From the NCBI RefSeq assembly GCF_004010195.1, contig NC_057754.1:11873609-11937608 (forward strand): a stretch of DNA of 64,000 nt, given 5' to 3'. The position numbers and the translations under genes are program-made. Origin of the DNA: Chiloscyllium plagiosum (lineage: Eukaryota). Below are positions 1 to 12,995 of the stretch, one piece after another (position 1 is the first letter of the stretch; each line of letters opens with the position of its first letter). The notes beneath the pieces are model-generated. The model did no database searches and was not told the DNA's origin. It worked only from the letters and a program-made list of their open reading frames with translations.

Positions 1-1380
1 GAAAAAAAGGGAATTTGCTTTCAGCTGATCTGTCATCTTTAATACCTTTTCTTTTTTCCCAATTCATGCACATTATTTTAAATTTTTAGTTCAATGTATG
101 AAGAAGTGATTTGAAGATACAGAAATGTTAAAGCTTTTATCCCAAATTATTTGTCAATGTACAATATTTGCAGAAGTGTGTCACAATTCTTCTTTCTACC
201 AAATGTAATGGATTGTACCTTTCACGAACAAGGGTAATCACATTCATTTCTATTCACGTTCTGTCTAATTCTGTCCTAAATATCTAACCACTGATTGTAG
301 TGAAAATTTGACAAATTATAAGTTACATTTCTCTCCAAGAAATACAATGGAAAGAAAAGAGAATTCTTGAATCGCCTGCATTTTTGAATGAAATCATAAT
401 TCTGTTTGATAATGACCATTAATTTTTTTTCAACCAATCAACCTAGTTACCTTGTTTTAATCCTGTTTACTGATCTTAATGAATATTTAATCAACATCAA
501 AGTAAGCTACTTTGGAAGCACTGGAACAGTTTTGTTTTATTAGAATTCTAACATTAATTATAAATAAAAACCGAAAGATCTGTAGATGCTGTAGTTCAGG
601 AATAAGAACTTGAAATTGTTGGGAATACTCAGCTGGTCTTGCAGCATCAGTGGAGAGAAAGCAGCGTTAATGTTTTGGATTGATTGACCTTCTGCAAAAT
701 GGTCCTCAGTATCAACACATCTGCAAACAAAAAAATGACTTCACATCTAGTTTTGTAGAAAATATCACATTTTTTTCTTATTTGAATACTGATAATAATC
801 ATTGCTTATTATTCAGCCTGAGCAATTCACTCCAATAACTTCTGTTGATTGTTGAGTCAAATAACAATGAGATATGTCACTATTCTTTAGTTTACTACTT
901 TCAGTTTTTTAAATCTAATTATTTCCAATATCTAGTAATAGATTTTTTTCAATCCAGGTTTCCTACAATGTGGAAATATGGCTCAGTTCATCAACTCATG
1001 GAAACGTTTACATTGTATATTCTCCTGATCATTGTGAATATTGATTTTCACTTCAACAATGGAAACTCTGATTAAGTGAATTCGTTGTGAACAAAAATGT
1101 ATTTTGAAGAAGGGTCACTGGACCCAAAGCATGAACTCTGCTTTCTCTCTGCAGATGCTGCCAGACTTGCTGAGCTTTATTCCAGCAACTTCTGATTTTA
1201 TTTCTGATTTCCAGCATGCACATTTCTTTGGTTTCTTGCATTGATTGTCTTTCACATTAATGCTAGCATTATATATTTCTAACTATTACAATAAGAGCTA
1301 ACTATTTTTCATGCTCAAAATCATTTAAATTTCATGTGTTACTTCTGTACACAAAACAAAATTAACATATGTTTGTTCTT

Positions 1381-1863
1381 GTTGTGGTTCTGATCGCCGA
1401 GCTGGAAATATTTGTTGCAAACGTTTCGTCCCCTATCTAGGTGACATCCTCAGTGCTTGGGGGCCTCCTGTGAAGCGCTTCTGTGGTGTTTCCGCCGGCA
1501 TTTTTAGTGGCCTGTCCCTGCCGCTTCTGGTTGTCAGTTTCAGCTGTCCGCTGTAGTGGCCGGTATAACAAAGAACAGCCAGGGAATTCCTAGAAGCATG
1601 GCACTCATCCACAAACTCCATCAACAAGCACATCGACCTGGACCCAATATACAGCGGACAGCTGAAACTGACAACCGGAAGCGGCAGGGACAGGCCACTA
1701 TAAATGCCGGAGGAAACACCACAGAAGCGCTTCACAGGAGGCTCCCAAGCACTGAGGATGTCACCTAGACAGGGGACAAAACGTTTGCAACAAAAATTTC
1801 CAGCTCAGTGAACAGAACCACAACAACGAGCACCCGAGCTACAAATCTTCACCCAAACTTTGA
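1381..1863 (+). mobile_element. Penelope-like element, 3' fragment with inverted 5' portion
   Basis: 1381-1555 is the reverse complement of ~1652-1826. The middle encodes REFLEAWHSSTNSINKHIDLDPIY, typical of the end of a PLE GIY-YIG ORF. Flanked by a 14-bp TSD atatgtttgttctt (1367-1380 / 1864-1877). Confidence 0.85.
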
Positions 1864-2589
1864 ATATGTTTGTTCTTTTCGTCAACACTGAATCTTGAAT
1901 TGGTAGAAATCACAAATTTGTGCAAATAAGGGAAGTTGTCTTCAGCTGAGGAGTCATATTGAATGAAAAATTCTTTATTTCCAATCCATGAGCTTTAATT
2001 TTCATTTAGGTAAATGAATAACTGTTGAATCATATTGAATCATTTGATTTCTTGTTGCTCTTCACTGATTCACACTTCAACTTCCTTCTAATTATCACGA
2101 GATTTACATTTAATCAAGACCATTGTTGTTTAGCTCCAACATTATTAGAATTATTTTTGTCAGTCCATTACACACAGAAAGTATCTGATTCCATCCCAGT
2201 CCAATTATTATCATAAATATCTGAGCAGTTTTCATGTGAGTAACTACAGTAAGCATGTGATTATAGTCCTAACATTCCTGGGTGGGAACATTATGGAGAG
2301 CTCTTATGGAGCTCTGGTAATGTCTCTACGCGTAGACTCGGGTTTAATTCCCACCTTCCACAGAGGTGTATCAAAGTACCTCTTAAAGTTGATTAGAAAA
2401 TGTCCAAATGTCTACCGAATTGCTTTTCACTCTAACATTGTAAGTTTTGTTCATTTTAATGATCACAATACCTCCAACTTATTTGCTTCAGGTCACGAAA
2501 TAAAGTATGAATGTCATTATGCTGCTTCTAAATTCCTCCAAAATTTTTAGAACTTTGCAGTCGTAAAGATTTTACAGTCTACATAATGT

Positions 2590-2856
2590 TTAGTTGAGAT
2601 GGGAAAGATTTCAAAGGGTCCTGAGGGGCAACTTTTTGCACAGAGTGTGGGGCACATATGGAATGAGCTGTCAGAAGAAGTGATAGGGGTTGGTACAATT
2701 ACAACATTCAAAAGACTCTTGGACAGTTAGGTGGCGAGGAAAGATCCAGGAGGTTATGAGCTAAATGCAGGTAATGGGATTAGTTCAGTTTAGAAAACCT
2801 GGTCGGCATGGACAAGTTGGGCTGAATGGCCTGTTTTCGTGCTGTATCTATCTATA
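2590..2856 (+). mobile_element. CR1 LINE 3' end fragment
   Basis: aggggcaacttttt-cacagag...tggaatgagctg...ggcatggacaagttgggctgaatggcctgtttt matches the CR1 3' end also seen at 52370-52610. Confidence 0.75.
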
Positions 2857-5837
2857 CACAAATTATTATTATTGATAAAGGAAAGAGCAAATGGGTTTTA
2901 ATTCCATTTTGCATCCTTAAAATGTGACAGGATTTTAAATAATTTTGTAACATCTAAAATAATCTACTCTTACTGTGATTAGAAATACAAATAAATATGA
3001 AAATTGAAGTGAAATATAATGAAAACAATTCAACTCTGTTTTCATGGTTAAAATATAATTTGATATTCACAATAATTGTGAGTTTGTACACTGCAATGTC
3101 TTCACATTAGTTCATGTGTTGAGACGTAATTCCACATTTACACCCATTACTGAATTGAGCAATTATTGACTATTAGCAACACTTAGATTTTCAAAATTCT
3201 GTTTGTGCACTTAGACGAATCAGAAATTTAATGTTGCTTTGTGATTGTGCAGTGTGTAGAAATGAACGGGAATTATTGCAGTGAAAACCTCAATTTACAA
3301 GGGTGAGATCACTGTGATCATTCATATGAGCAAAAGTCAGATACCTGTATGTACAATGAGTTTTGATGGTACGTCATTGATTCTATTATGGGATAGTTGA
3401 CCTGAAAGAAAAATGCATATTGTAGCATTGTTCCAATGGATTAAGTTAAACAATGGACTAAATTAATACGTGAATTTCACTATACCCTTCGAAGGACAAA
3501 CTTAAGTTATTTCACAAATATTGTAATGATGATGACTTGTTTATTAATATTGTAAGCTAAACAAACAAATTGACTAATATTTTGAAAGCACTTTGCTCTG
3601 ATGTCGATTGGATGTTCATTAAGATTGGTAAACTGAAGAATAAAATATATTTATGGATTGAAGAAAAAATGAGCCATTCAGTAATTTTGCTCAAAAGTGC
3701 AGATGATGCAAAAATTATGTTTTTGTTACTTGAAGAAACTTGTATTTTTAATTGATGTAATTTTGCAGCACACATGTTCCAAAAAAGTTAACATCCATTT
3801 AATGTGATTTATCAGCTGAAGGATACTTTCCTGTTTTGCTTTTTTTAAAAGCAGGACTTTCAAGAATTCAAAAATGATTATATTTGTTGAACTGAACAAC
3901 AAATCTATGTGACTACACATCATGCAAAAAAAACACAGGAAATTTAGAATTTTCTTAGCACGAGAATGATGTAGCATTCAAACAAAATAAATGTTTGTAT
4001 TGAAATTGAAATATAATCAAAGCAAGTCAAACAGGATTTCACTATTAAAATAAAGAGCAATTTGCATTCCATTATTGAACTAAAAATCAATAGGATGGCA
4101 CTATTACCATAAAAATCAGCATTTGCTATAAGTGTAACACCAAACAGTGCGATATGTGTACATCAGTTGATGTACTGAAACATAATTCCACACATAAAGC
4201 TGGATGTACTGGATTTGAACAAGTATTAAATATTGGAAATAAGAATGAATTTGTATTTAAATCAGTTAATGCCAATCTTTAAATTGGTGAGAAATCTCAA
4301 ATTGCTGTGCAACTGTGTAATGTGTAGAAATGCACAGTAATTCTTGGCGTGAAATAGCAATCGAACTAATAGGGTTGAACATTAATTTCATAATTATATT
4401 GGGCATTCACATCGGAAGGGATAATATGTTTACTATGAGTGGTGGATGGGAAATCATGGTTTGTTTTGTGGATGTGTTAACCTGGAAAGAATGATTACAA
4501 TTTTTCATTTTAATATTGACGCCAAGAAACAATGGATTAAACTAAAATGTGAATCTCATGATGCCTGTCACAAAGACTAAACTGAATTACCGTCTGATTA
4601 TTGGAATGGCAATAAATTGATAATTAATGTTAGAGCTCTGCCAAATTAAATGAATAAATATTTTCAAATTAGTTTGCTCTAATGTTGATTCGACATTCAT
4701 TAAGATCAGTGAATTGAAGATTAAAATGCTGTGGTGATGTTTTGAAAAAAAAAAGACATTGAGGGATTATTAATCAGTATTATTTTGTCATTCATAATTC
4801 TCAGTTATTCAAGAATTCTTTCTCTGCTTTTCTTCTCAACAAAAAAGAATACATTTCCTGTAATTTTTTATATAATCAATATTTAGATATTCAAGCCACA
4901 ATTAGAATGAAAATAAGTAGATGAGGAATGTGGTTACCCTATAAAGATACACAGTCATTGGCATTTACAGAGGACTTTTTCAATATTTGGCCTGAATAAA
5001 CAAATGAGAAATTTTAATGGAGATGTGTTGAAAAGTCTTGCAGGTATTGATGTACTCAGCCACAATTACACATTTGTAATTGATGATTGGGCTGGAAAAT
5101 TATTGGAAATCTTCCAAATATTCAGGAATATCATCACATACATTTTAATATTAATATCCTCAGGCATTAGTATTAAAGAGTGATTATTAATCTGAGCAAC
5201 ATGTAGTGTGTAAATTATCTTTTGCAGATCACTTGGATAAGGTGATAACCAGATGTGTGCTGTAGATATACAACCCAAGCATATGTTACTTACGAAGCAT
5301 TTTTCACTGAACAGTAATTACATGGCCTTGAAGACAGTCATGTGTTTTTATGTGTCACAGTGTTTGTGTGTACATTGATTTCAATAATGTTAAGCGGTTT
5401 TAACTGGTTTGGAAATGATTAATAGTCGAGTGATAAAGGTCCTAAAGTGGCCATGAGCTGGGTTTAAATCTTCCAGCAGGGTGACTCCAACACTCTTTGA
5501 TATTGCTATGGTGGAGAATTGTAAAGTGCTGAGACACTGGCAGGAAGTCAAGATGACAGCAAGTCTGGACGAAACTCCTCCAATACACAACTATTGATCT
5601 GGTTGCAACTGGATCCCCCTGAAACTTTGAGATCTCTTTGACTTGGGTTTTCACTGTTCTCTGCAGCCAACTGATACTATCTTCTGTTTCATTGAGTTTA
5701 GCAAATTTTCTGCTCAGCCCAGTTACTCCGGCTTTGGGTGAATTTAGAATGTCAAATTTAGGATCGATGGTCATTTTACTTCAGTGCAGAGTTAAAATAA
5801 AATTCACATTTGTAATTACAATTAAGTAATAATTATT

Positions 5838-6078
5838 CAAAGTTTGTGAGAAGATTTGTAGCTCGGGTGCTCGTTTGTTGTGGTTCTGTTCGCCGAGCTG
5901 GGAATTTGTGTTGCAGACGTTTCGTCCCCTGTCTAGGTGACATCCTCAGTGCTTGGGAGCCTCCTGAAGTGAAGCCAGAAGCGCTTCACAGGAGGCTCCC
6001 AATCACTGAAGATGTCACCTAAACAGGGGATGCATCATCTGCAACACAAATTCCCAGCTCGGCGAACAGAACCACAAC
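5838..6078 (-). mobile_element. Short Penelope-like element (fold-back), same family as 1381-1863
   Basis: Inverted arms at ~5876-5966 and ~5988-6078. 14-bp TSD aagtaataattatt (5824-5837 / 6079-6092). Confidence 0.85.
5913..5952 (-). ncRNA. Minimal type I hammerhead ribozyme motif within a PLE
   Basis: Minus strand reads GCA-CUGAGGA-U-GUCACCU-AGAC-AGGGGAC-GAAAC-GUC-UGC: conserved core, stem II, palindromic ACGU stem III and a GUC cleavage triplet. Confidence 0.6.
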
Positions 6079-7483
6079 AAGTAATAATTATTTTAGTCAT
6101 TTAACAAATAAAATGATTCAGTATTTTCATGCAGTTTATACTGACATTGATTCGATACACATTAAGATCGATAAACTGAGAATGTGTTGGCAGGATTGGT
6201 GAATTATAAAAGTGTATACGAGAAGGAATTGTTTTTCATTCCAATGTATAGGCTGTTCAATATTTCTTTATGTCCTTCCATTTGTTTCCTTGTAGAGAAT
6301 ACTAATTTCTAATACATATAATTTTACTATGACCAATGATTTGACATTTGAATTCGAGTTAGAAAGAAAATGAGGAGCAATTATCAGGAATGTTTTACAG
6401 AATTAAAGACACAGTAAATAAAAATTACAGTGGCAACTTTAAGTATTTGCTCTGAATAGGCAATTAATCATTTTTAATGGACACGAGCTCAAAACATTTA
6501 CTCAGGCAAAATTGCACAATTTTTGTGATATTTGAACTGGAAAGCATTTTGAAAGCTTGCTACAAATTAGAACTATCAATATTTCAATATTTTTGCTGTT
6601 GCATCCTTGATAATTCATGATAAATTATGACTATTGCTTTCAGCAACAGGAATCGTATGCAATTACTGAATTGCAATATAAGATATCGATTGCATTTATT
6701 GGATGGAATGACAACCAAATGTTTACTGGGATTATTGCTCTCAAGAACAATAAGATACTTACTCAGATTGCTCTACTGTACAGTAATTATGGAATTCCCT
6801 CAGCGTGGAAACATGTTATTCAGCCCATCAAGTGCACGCCACTACACAGAAGATCATCCCACCCAGACTCATCTCCTTTCCATATCCCTGTCACCTTGCA
6901 TTATAGCCAAAAAGACCTTTGTGTGGCTTTATGTGAAATAATTTGCGTGAGTATTGATTTCAATAACATTGATATTTTTTATATGATGTAACAACAGATT
7001 ATACTTGGGTGATAAGATCTTAGTTAATGTCAACAAATGTTTGGTTTTTACTGGAATTCCACCAGGAAACATTTTTAATCCACAATGCAACAAGCAAGAT
7101 ATGTGACAGATGTGAAAAGCTTACTTTCAAATGAACGCACTCCAATATTTTCAAAGCATTTTAATCTTACAATCAAAATGAACAGGTAAATGGAAAAATA
7201 AAAACAATTTTCTGACAATTCATTAATTGAACAAGAATTAAAAAAAATATTTTGATGAAAGGACAGAGTAATATTTAGACGAATCACAACATTTAGTTAC
7301 AAATTAGTTAATCAGTTGACTGACAAGAAATAGGTAGTGGGATTTGTTAGTTTACTGAAGAAGAAATCGACTTTATTTCAAATTCATAGTATGAAAGAAT
7401 AATGTTTCATGTGTTTCGATATTTTCAAAGGGGCAGGTCCAAACAAAAAAAATGATCAATTGGATTTAGACATTTTAACCTTT

Positions 7484-7571
7484 AGACTAGATTAGATTCC
7501 TTACAGTGCGGAAACAGGCCCTTCGGCCCAACAAGTCCACACCAACCCTCCAAAGAGCAACCCACCCAGAC
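7484..7571 (-). mobile_element. HE1-type SINE 3' end, truncated by the gap
   Basis: Reverse complement of the tail at 39235-39290 (gtggacttgttgggccgaagggcctgtttcc...aatctaatct). Confidence 0.8.
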
Positions 7572-8071
7572 NNNNNNNNNNNNNNNNNNNNNNNNNNNNN
7601 NNNNNNNNNNNNNNNNNNNNNNNNNNNNNNNNNNNNNNNNNNNNNNNNNNNNNNNNNNNNNNNNNNNNNNNNNNNNNNNNNNNNNNNNNNNNNNNNNNNN
7701 NNNNNNNNNNNNNNNNNNNNNNNNNNNNNNNNNNNNNNNNNNNNNNNNNNNNNNNNNNNNNNNNNNNNNNNNNNNNNNNNNNNNNNNNNNNNNNNNNNNN
7801 NNNNNNNNNNNNNNNNNNNNNNNNNNNNNNNNNNNNNNNNNNNNNNNNNNNNNNNNNNNNNNNNNNNNNNNNNNNNNNNNNNNNNNNNNNNNNNNNNNNN
7901 NNNNNNNNNNNNNNNNNNNNNNNNNNNNNNNNNNNNNNNNNNNNNNNNNNNNNNNNNNNNNNNNNNNNNNNNNNNNNNNNNNNNNNNNNNNNNNNNNNNN
8001 NNNNNNNNNNNNNNNNNNNNNNNNNNNNNNNNNNNNNNNNNNNNNNNNNNNNNNNNNNNNNNNNNNNNNNN
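7572..8071. other. Assembly gap (500 N)
   Basis: Exactly 500 N, a fixed-size scaffolding gap. Confidence 0.99.
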
Positions 8072-8073
8072 TA

Positions 8074-10079
8074 TTTAGTCTGTCGGACTGCACACGGGAA
8101 AGGTAGTATTGTGAAACACTGCAGAAACTAACGACTTCCTTACTTTTACCCCGACTCAACATAGCCCGTGAAATATTCCCAGATCCTCAGTTGAGGATTT
8201 TTGCAGCTGGAAGTTACCTCAGAAACCCTGTTAATTCGTAATGTATTGAGCGAATCGCAAAACAGAACCCAATTAACACGGCACGCAAACTAAACTGGCA
8301 AACCAAATGCATTTTCAGACTCAGCAAAGCTGAATGCTGAATGTGAGGGCACGATCCATAAACTAATCTCACAACAATTCCAAACGACTGTTTCAAACAT
8401 ACTGGAGCATTAGTGCACAACCACTTCGAAGAAAGTGCTGAAAAGAGAGAAAGAAAGAACATAATAAGAATGGGCCACAAAACGTGAATTTCACCAATGA
8501 CAGTCTCGATTAGATTACCATTCCCTTCCAATGTCTCCAGGACTGAAATGAAAGAAATGGGAGAAATTTAAGATCATATGACATAAAAAAAATTATTGGA
8601 ATTATTTTCCCATTCGCCAGAACACCAAATAAAGACGAATCGAGTCACCGCAGGACTTTGTCTCACAACAGCAATGAAATAACAGCCTCTATTCGGTTCC
8701 AGTAACAGCTCAACTTGCCTGGAAGATAAAGCGGCAGGAGAGCTGCTTGGGATTTTCCGTGCGGGAGGCGAACACGATTATGACACCACATACACTGACC
8801 CCGATGAGAAATTCTGCAGTCTCCCACACCACAGTTAATTCTCCAGGAAGCAAACACAATTCTTTTTTTTTGTTTTGAACATAAATGACGCGGAACAGCA
8901 GCGACCGAATGTACCGACAGAAGTGGTAGTGATGGGATTCGAACCCACACCTCGTTCGAGACTGGAGCTTAAACCCAGCGGCTTCGACCGCTCGGCCACA
9001 CTACCAGCGGATTGCGTCGCTCATTTTCTTACATTTCCAATTGTCCTCCTGCGTATCTACACATGCAAAGTCACATGTAAAGGTTCCATGATCCCTCTCC
9101 GAGTCGCACAGCTGCTGGGATATGCCCGGCTACAATATCAATTTCGCAGCAGATAATGATAGCCCATCAATCCAGACAAAAATCAGTGGTAAGCCGCGTC
9201 TATCATCTCAGACTCTTTTCAGCTACTAATGTATATGCCAGTGCTCAGAATTTCTGTTCGGTTATAATTTGGTAAAATAACATGGCATGTCTGAAATTTC
9301 GAATCTTGCTTTGCTCAATGATTTTACCAGTTGCCCGAAGCAGAACAACTTTCAGGTTTACACGGAACACGAAACACAACGTACTACAGGGAAAATGCAT
9401 AAAGCTGAGCAGGCCGTGTCCACATCATACGGTGCAGCATAGTTTCAATCACTGCGTCTGTTTTACAGAATAAGCGTCCCAAAGAATGCTCTCTAATCCT
9501 GAAAGCGGAGGGCGCATTACAATCCGAGAACGACAGATCACATTGTGAGGATGCTCTGACCTCGGGGCCAGTTGGAGATGCCACTTTCCTTGTCTTTTAC
9601 CGGAACCGTGGAATTTGCTGCAGAGATGTTCACACCTGGACATGAGCCACATGGATACCAACCTAGTTGGAAACCTGTGTGGGTATCGTCGAGAAGCGAC
9701 TCAATGAATTTTGCTAAATTCCATGCTTCTGAGTAGAAATGCAGTTTCTGTTCACGTCAGTCTAAAAGGCAATCTCTGAACATAATAACAGAAGTCAAAA
9801 GGTAATTACCCCACCCTATCCCCACTCCGCAAGGTGTCAAAGAGGTGCTAACTGCACTTGAGTGCTTTTTGTTCTCATATGAGGAGTTTGCCTTCGCTCT
9901 ATGTGCACAGTCATTTCGTCTGTCCAACTTCTTACGGGAAAAGTAGTATTGTAAAACATTGCAGAAACCAATGACTTCCTTACTTTTGCACCGACTGACC
10001 ATATCCCGTGAAATATTCCCAGATCTTCCGTTGAGGAGTTTTGCTGCTGGAAGTTACCTCAGAAACCCTGTTAATTCGT
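8074..10079. repeat. Diverged direct repeat with 1840-bp period flanking the tRNA
   Basis: 8074-8239 aligns colinearly with 9914-10079 (e.g. gaaatattcccagatc, gctggaagttacctcagaaaccctgttaattcgt). Confidence 0.85.
8924..9005 (-). tRNA. trnaL-UAA: tRNA-Leu (anticodon TAA), possibly a pseudogene
   Basis: GGTAGTGTGGCCGAGCGGTCGAAGCCGCTGGGTTTAAGCTCCAGTCTCGAACGAGGTGTGGGTTCGAATCCCATCACTACCA, 82 nt. Perfect 7-bp acceptor stem, long variable arm, TTCGAAT T-loop and discriminator A. One C:C mismatch in the D-stem. Confidence 0.85.
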
Positions 10080-10234
10080 TTAACATGCGGCAGCATTAGA
10101 ATTGACCAGCAGAAAATCCGTGGTGGGATCCAAATCCACACCCTGGCCGCGACTGGAACCGGGATCCAGCAGTTTATCAAAGCAAGGTAGAGGGACAGTT
10201 GGCATTGCCACGATGTTTCCGCTTCAGGACGGTG

Positions 10235-11282
10235 CTCTAGTGCATCTCCTCAATTTCCCCCACTTCCGCCTTTGAACACCACCCTTCCAACCACCGCAAG
10301 GAGAGAATCCCTCTGGTCCTAGTCTTGCACTTCACTAACCTGAGGATACAACGCATCATCCTCCGCCATTTCCGCCACCAACAGTCAGCGCCCACCACCA
10401 GAGTTATATTTCCCTTCCAACCATCATCAGCATTTTGCAGTGACCATTCACTCCACGACTCCCTTGTTCTGTCCAGTCCACCGCCCATGCCCCCCCCGCC
10501 ATCAAGGCATTTTCCACTCCTGGCACCATCCCTTGCCACTGCAAGAGGTAGAAAACCTGTGCCAACTCTTCCCCTTCACCTCCATCTAAGGCCCCAAAGA
10601 ATCCTTCCACATCTGGCAGACAACATTCTGTGCATCGAAACACGTCATCTACTCTCTCCATTGCTCTCGGTCTCCTCAACATTGGGGAGACAGGACATCA
10701 AGATGCGGAACTGTTCAGGGTACACTCTGGTGCACCCACACCCAACAGCCACACCCCCACTGTTGAACACTTCAACTCTCCCTCACACTCCGCCAAGGAT
10801 ATGCATGTTGTTGGCCTCTGCCACTGACAAATTCTAGCCACTGGCCGTCTAGAGGCAGAACGCATCATCCGCTGCCTTGGGACCCTCCAGCTACACGGTA
10901 TCAAGGTCAAGTTCCCCAGTTTCCTCATCTCCCCTCCCTCCACCTTATACCAGATCTAAACCTTCAACTCAGCACTGCCCTCTTGAACGATCCTACCTGT
11001 CCATCTTCCTTCTCACGTCTCCACTCAACCTTCCACTCGGACCTATCAGTTGCACCACCCACCTTCACTTAGCGATCGCCTTCCAAGCTACCTTCCTCCC
11101 AGCCCCAGCTCCTCCCATTTATTTCTCAGCCCCCTTCTGCGCGCATGCTCATTCCTGATGATGGCTTTATGTCTGAAACGTCGAATTTCCTGCAACTCAG
11201 ATGCAGCCTGATTAGCTGTGCTTTTCTTGCTCCACACTTTTTGACTCCGATCTCCAGCATCTGCGGTCCTTACCTTTCCCTG
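10235..11282 (+). mobile_element. Degenerate Penelope-like element (RT C-terminus plus GIY-YIG remnant)
   Basis: Translates to RIPLVLVLHFTNLRIQRIILRHFRHQQSAPTTRVIFP, LLNIGETG and LEAERIIRCLGTLQ, with frameshifts. The 3' terminal repeat has ctgatga...gaaacgtcg. Confidence 0.85.
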
Positions 11283-11283
11283 C

Positions 11284-12140
11284 TAAAGGATTTGCCCAGG
11301 TTAGGGGAGTGAGCATAGAAGTGGCAGATGGAGTATAAATGTGGGAAAGTGTTCGGTCATGCACTTTGCAAGGAAGAATAGAGGCATGGACAATTTTCTA
11401 AATGGCGAGCAAATTCAGAAGTTTGAAGTTCAAAAAGACAAGGGCAGGCTCGTCCAGGAGTCTCGAAAGGTAAACTTGCAGGTTGTCAGTAGTTCGGAAG
11501 GCATATACAATTATGGCATTTATTTCAAGAGGGCTGGAATATAAAAGCGGATATGTACTTCTGAGGCTCTATTAGGTTTTGGTCAGGCCACACTTGGTTT
11601 ATTGTGCACAGTTATGTTTCCCATGTCTCCCGGAAGGATGTCCTGGCCCTGGAGCGTTTTCAGAGGAGATTTACGTGAAAGGTCCTAGAAATGAGAAGCT
11701 TAACATATGAAGAACATCTGAGAGTTCTGGGTCTGTATTTGATAGAGTTCAGAAGAACGTTAGGAGGTCTAATTGAAACGGACAGAATACTGAATGCCCT
11801 GGACAGAGTGGAGTTTGGGAAGATACTTCCAATCGTAGGAGAGACTTGGAACCGAGGGGACAGAGTAAAGAGAAAACCTTTTAGAATAAGGATAAGGACG
11901 TATCTCTTCGGCCAGAGAGTGGTGGATTTATGGAATTTACTGCCACAGAAGGCTGTCGAGGCCAGATCATACGGTATATTTAAGAATGAGAGAGATAGGT
12001 TCTTGATTGTAAAGGGTATCTGTGATTACAGGTCGGAAGTGGGAGATTGGCATTGAGAAGCTTAACAACCATCATTGAATGGCGGAGCAGGCTGAATGGG
12101 CTGAATAGCCAAATTTCTGCTCCAATATCTTCTGGTCGTA
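11284..12140 (+). mobile_element. CR1 LINE 3' fragment (decayed ORF2 end)
   Basis: KWQMEY, KCSVMHF, YEEHLRVLGLY and QRVVDLWNLLPQ motifs. Paralog at 19899-20560. Confidence 0.85.
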
Positions 12141-12900
12141 TGGTTGATATTGGCTCTCCTCTTTCCTCATTGGAGATGTATCCTGGAATTTGATCTTCAT
12201 ATGATTTATAAAGAGAAACATTCCAATACTGATGACTGGGAAATATCATGTTCTCTCCCTCCAGTCTCAGCAGCCATGTCACCAATTCTCTGTGTTTTCT
12301 GTCTCCTCCTCAATATCATAATCACACTGCAATTGAAGTCCAGTGAATGGTACTAAATCACAGCTGATTGACATCGATATCATTAACAGCATGACCCTCA
12401 ACTACACACTCTGATCCTCGAATAACAATCTGAATTGTGCGTCACATCATATTCCCTGTTAACATATCCATGCCATTTGTCTGCTATAACTCATGTTGTC
12501 TTAGGCACGTATAAATGGAGAAACTTGTTTATGTTCTGGCAATCCTTTGACATTACTCCCATATCCATGGTAGAGTGAATGATTACACGCAATCAATCTA
12601 CCATCTCCAATATTCCATCCCTCATTCACCCCCACATAACCCATACCAAATGTATAAATGTTTAGCGTTCTTTTGGTTTCAAATAAAATCAGTATTGAAT
12701 TCAAAGTGGTTAACAAAGAGCTATTTGTTCAGTGACTGTTATTAAGGTCAATCTCCATGGATTCTAATTAACCTAGTTGAGAGTTTCCATCATTTATCGA
12801 TACATGGGCTCTGTTCAATGTGTTATCGCATAGCATTAGTGGGAGAATCACCGACAGCACTAACAGGGATCAGCCGCTGCTGAGACAGGCGGAGGAGAGA

Positions 12901-12995
12901 TCAGAATCTGAGAACACTAGACTGGAAAATTACAAAAATGGTTCAGAATCTGAGGACTTTGGATTGGAATGTTCTAACAATGGATCAGAATCTGA
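12901..12995 (+). pseudogene. Truncated remnant of a GPR139-like exon 1 (42-bp repeats only)
   Basis: Two 42-bp units plus a partial unit matching 21405-21499. The sequence then jumps to the equivalent of 22425, so TM1 and the splice donor are missing. Confidence 0.7.

Noticed and set aside
3340..3700. LRR/Toll-like receptor reading (LSHNRINDVP)
   Set aside because: A single motif in a frame full of stops, and not conserved in the paralogous units.
7482..8162. Long ORFs of 226 and 190 aa
   Set aside because: Artefacts of translating through the 500-N gap.
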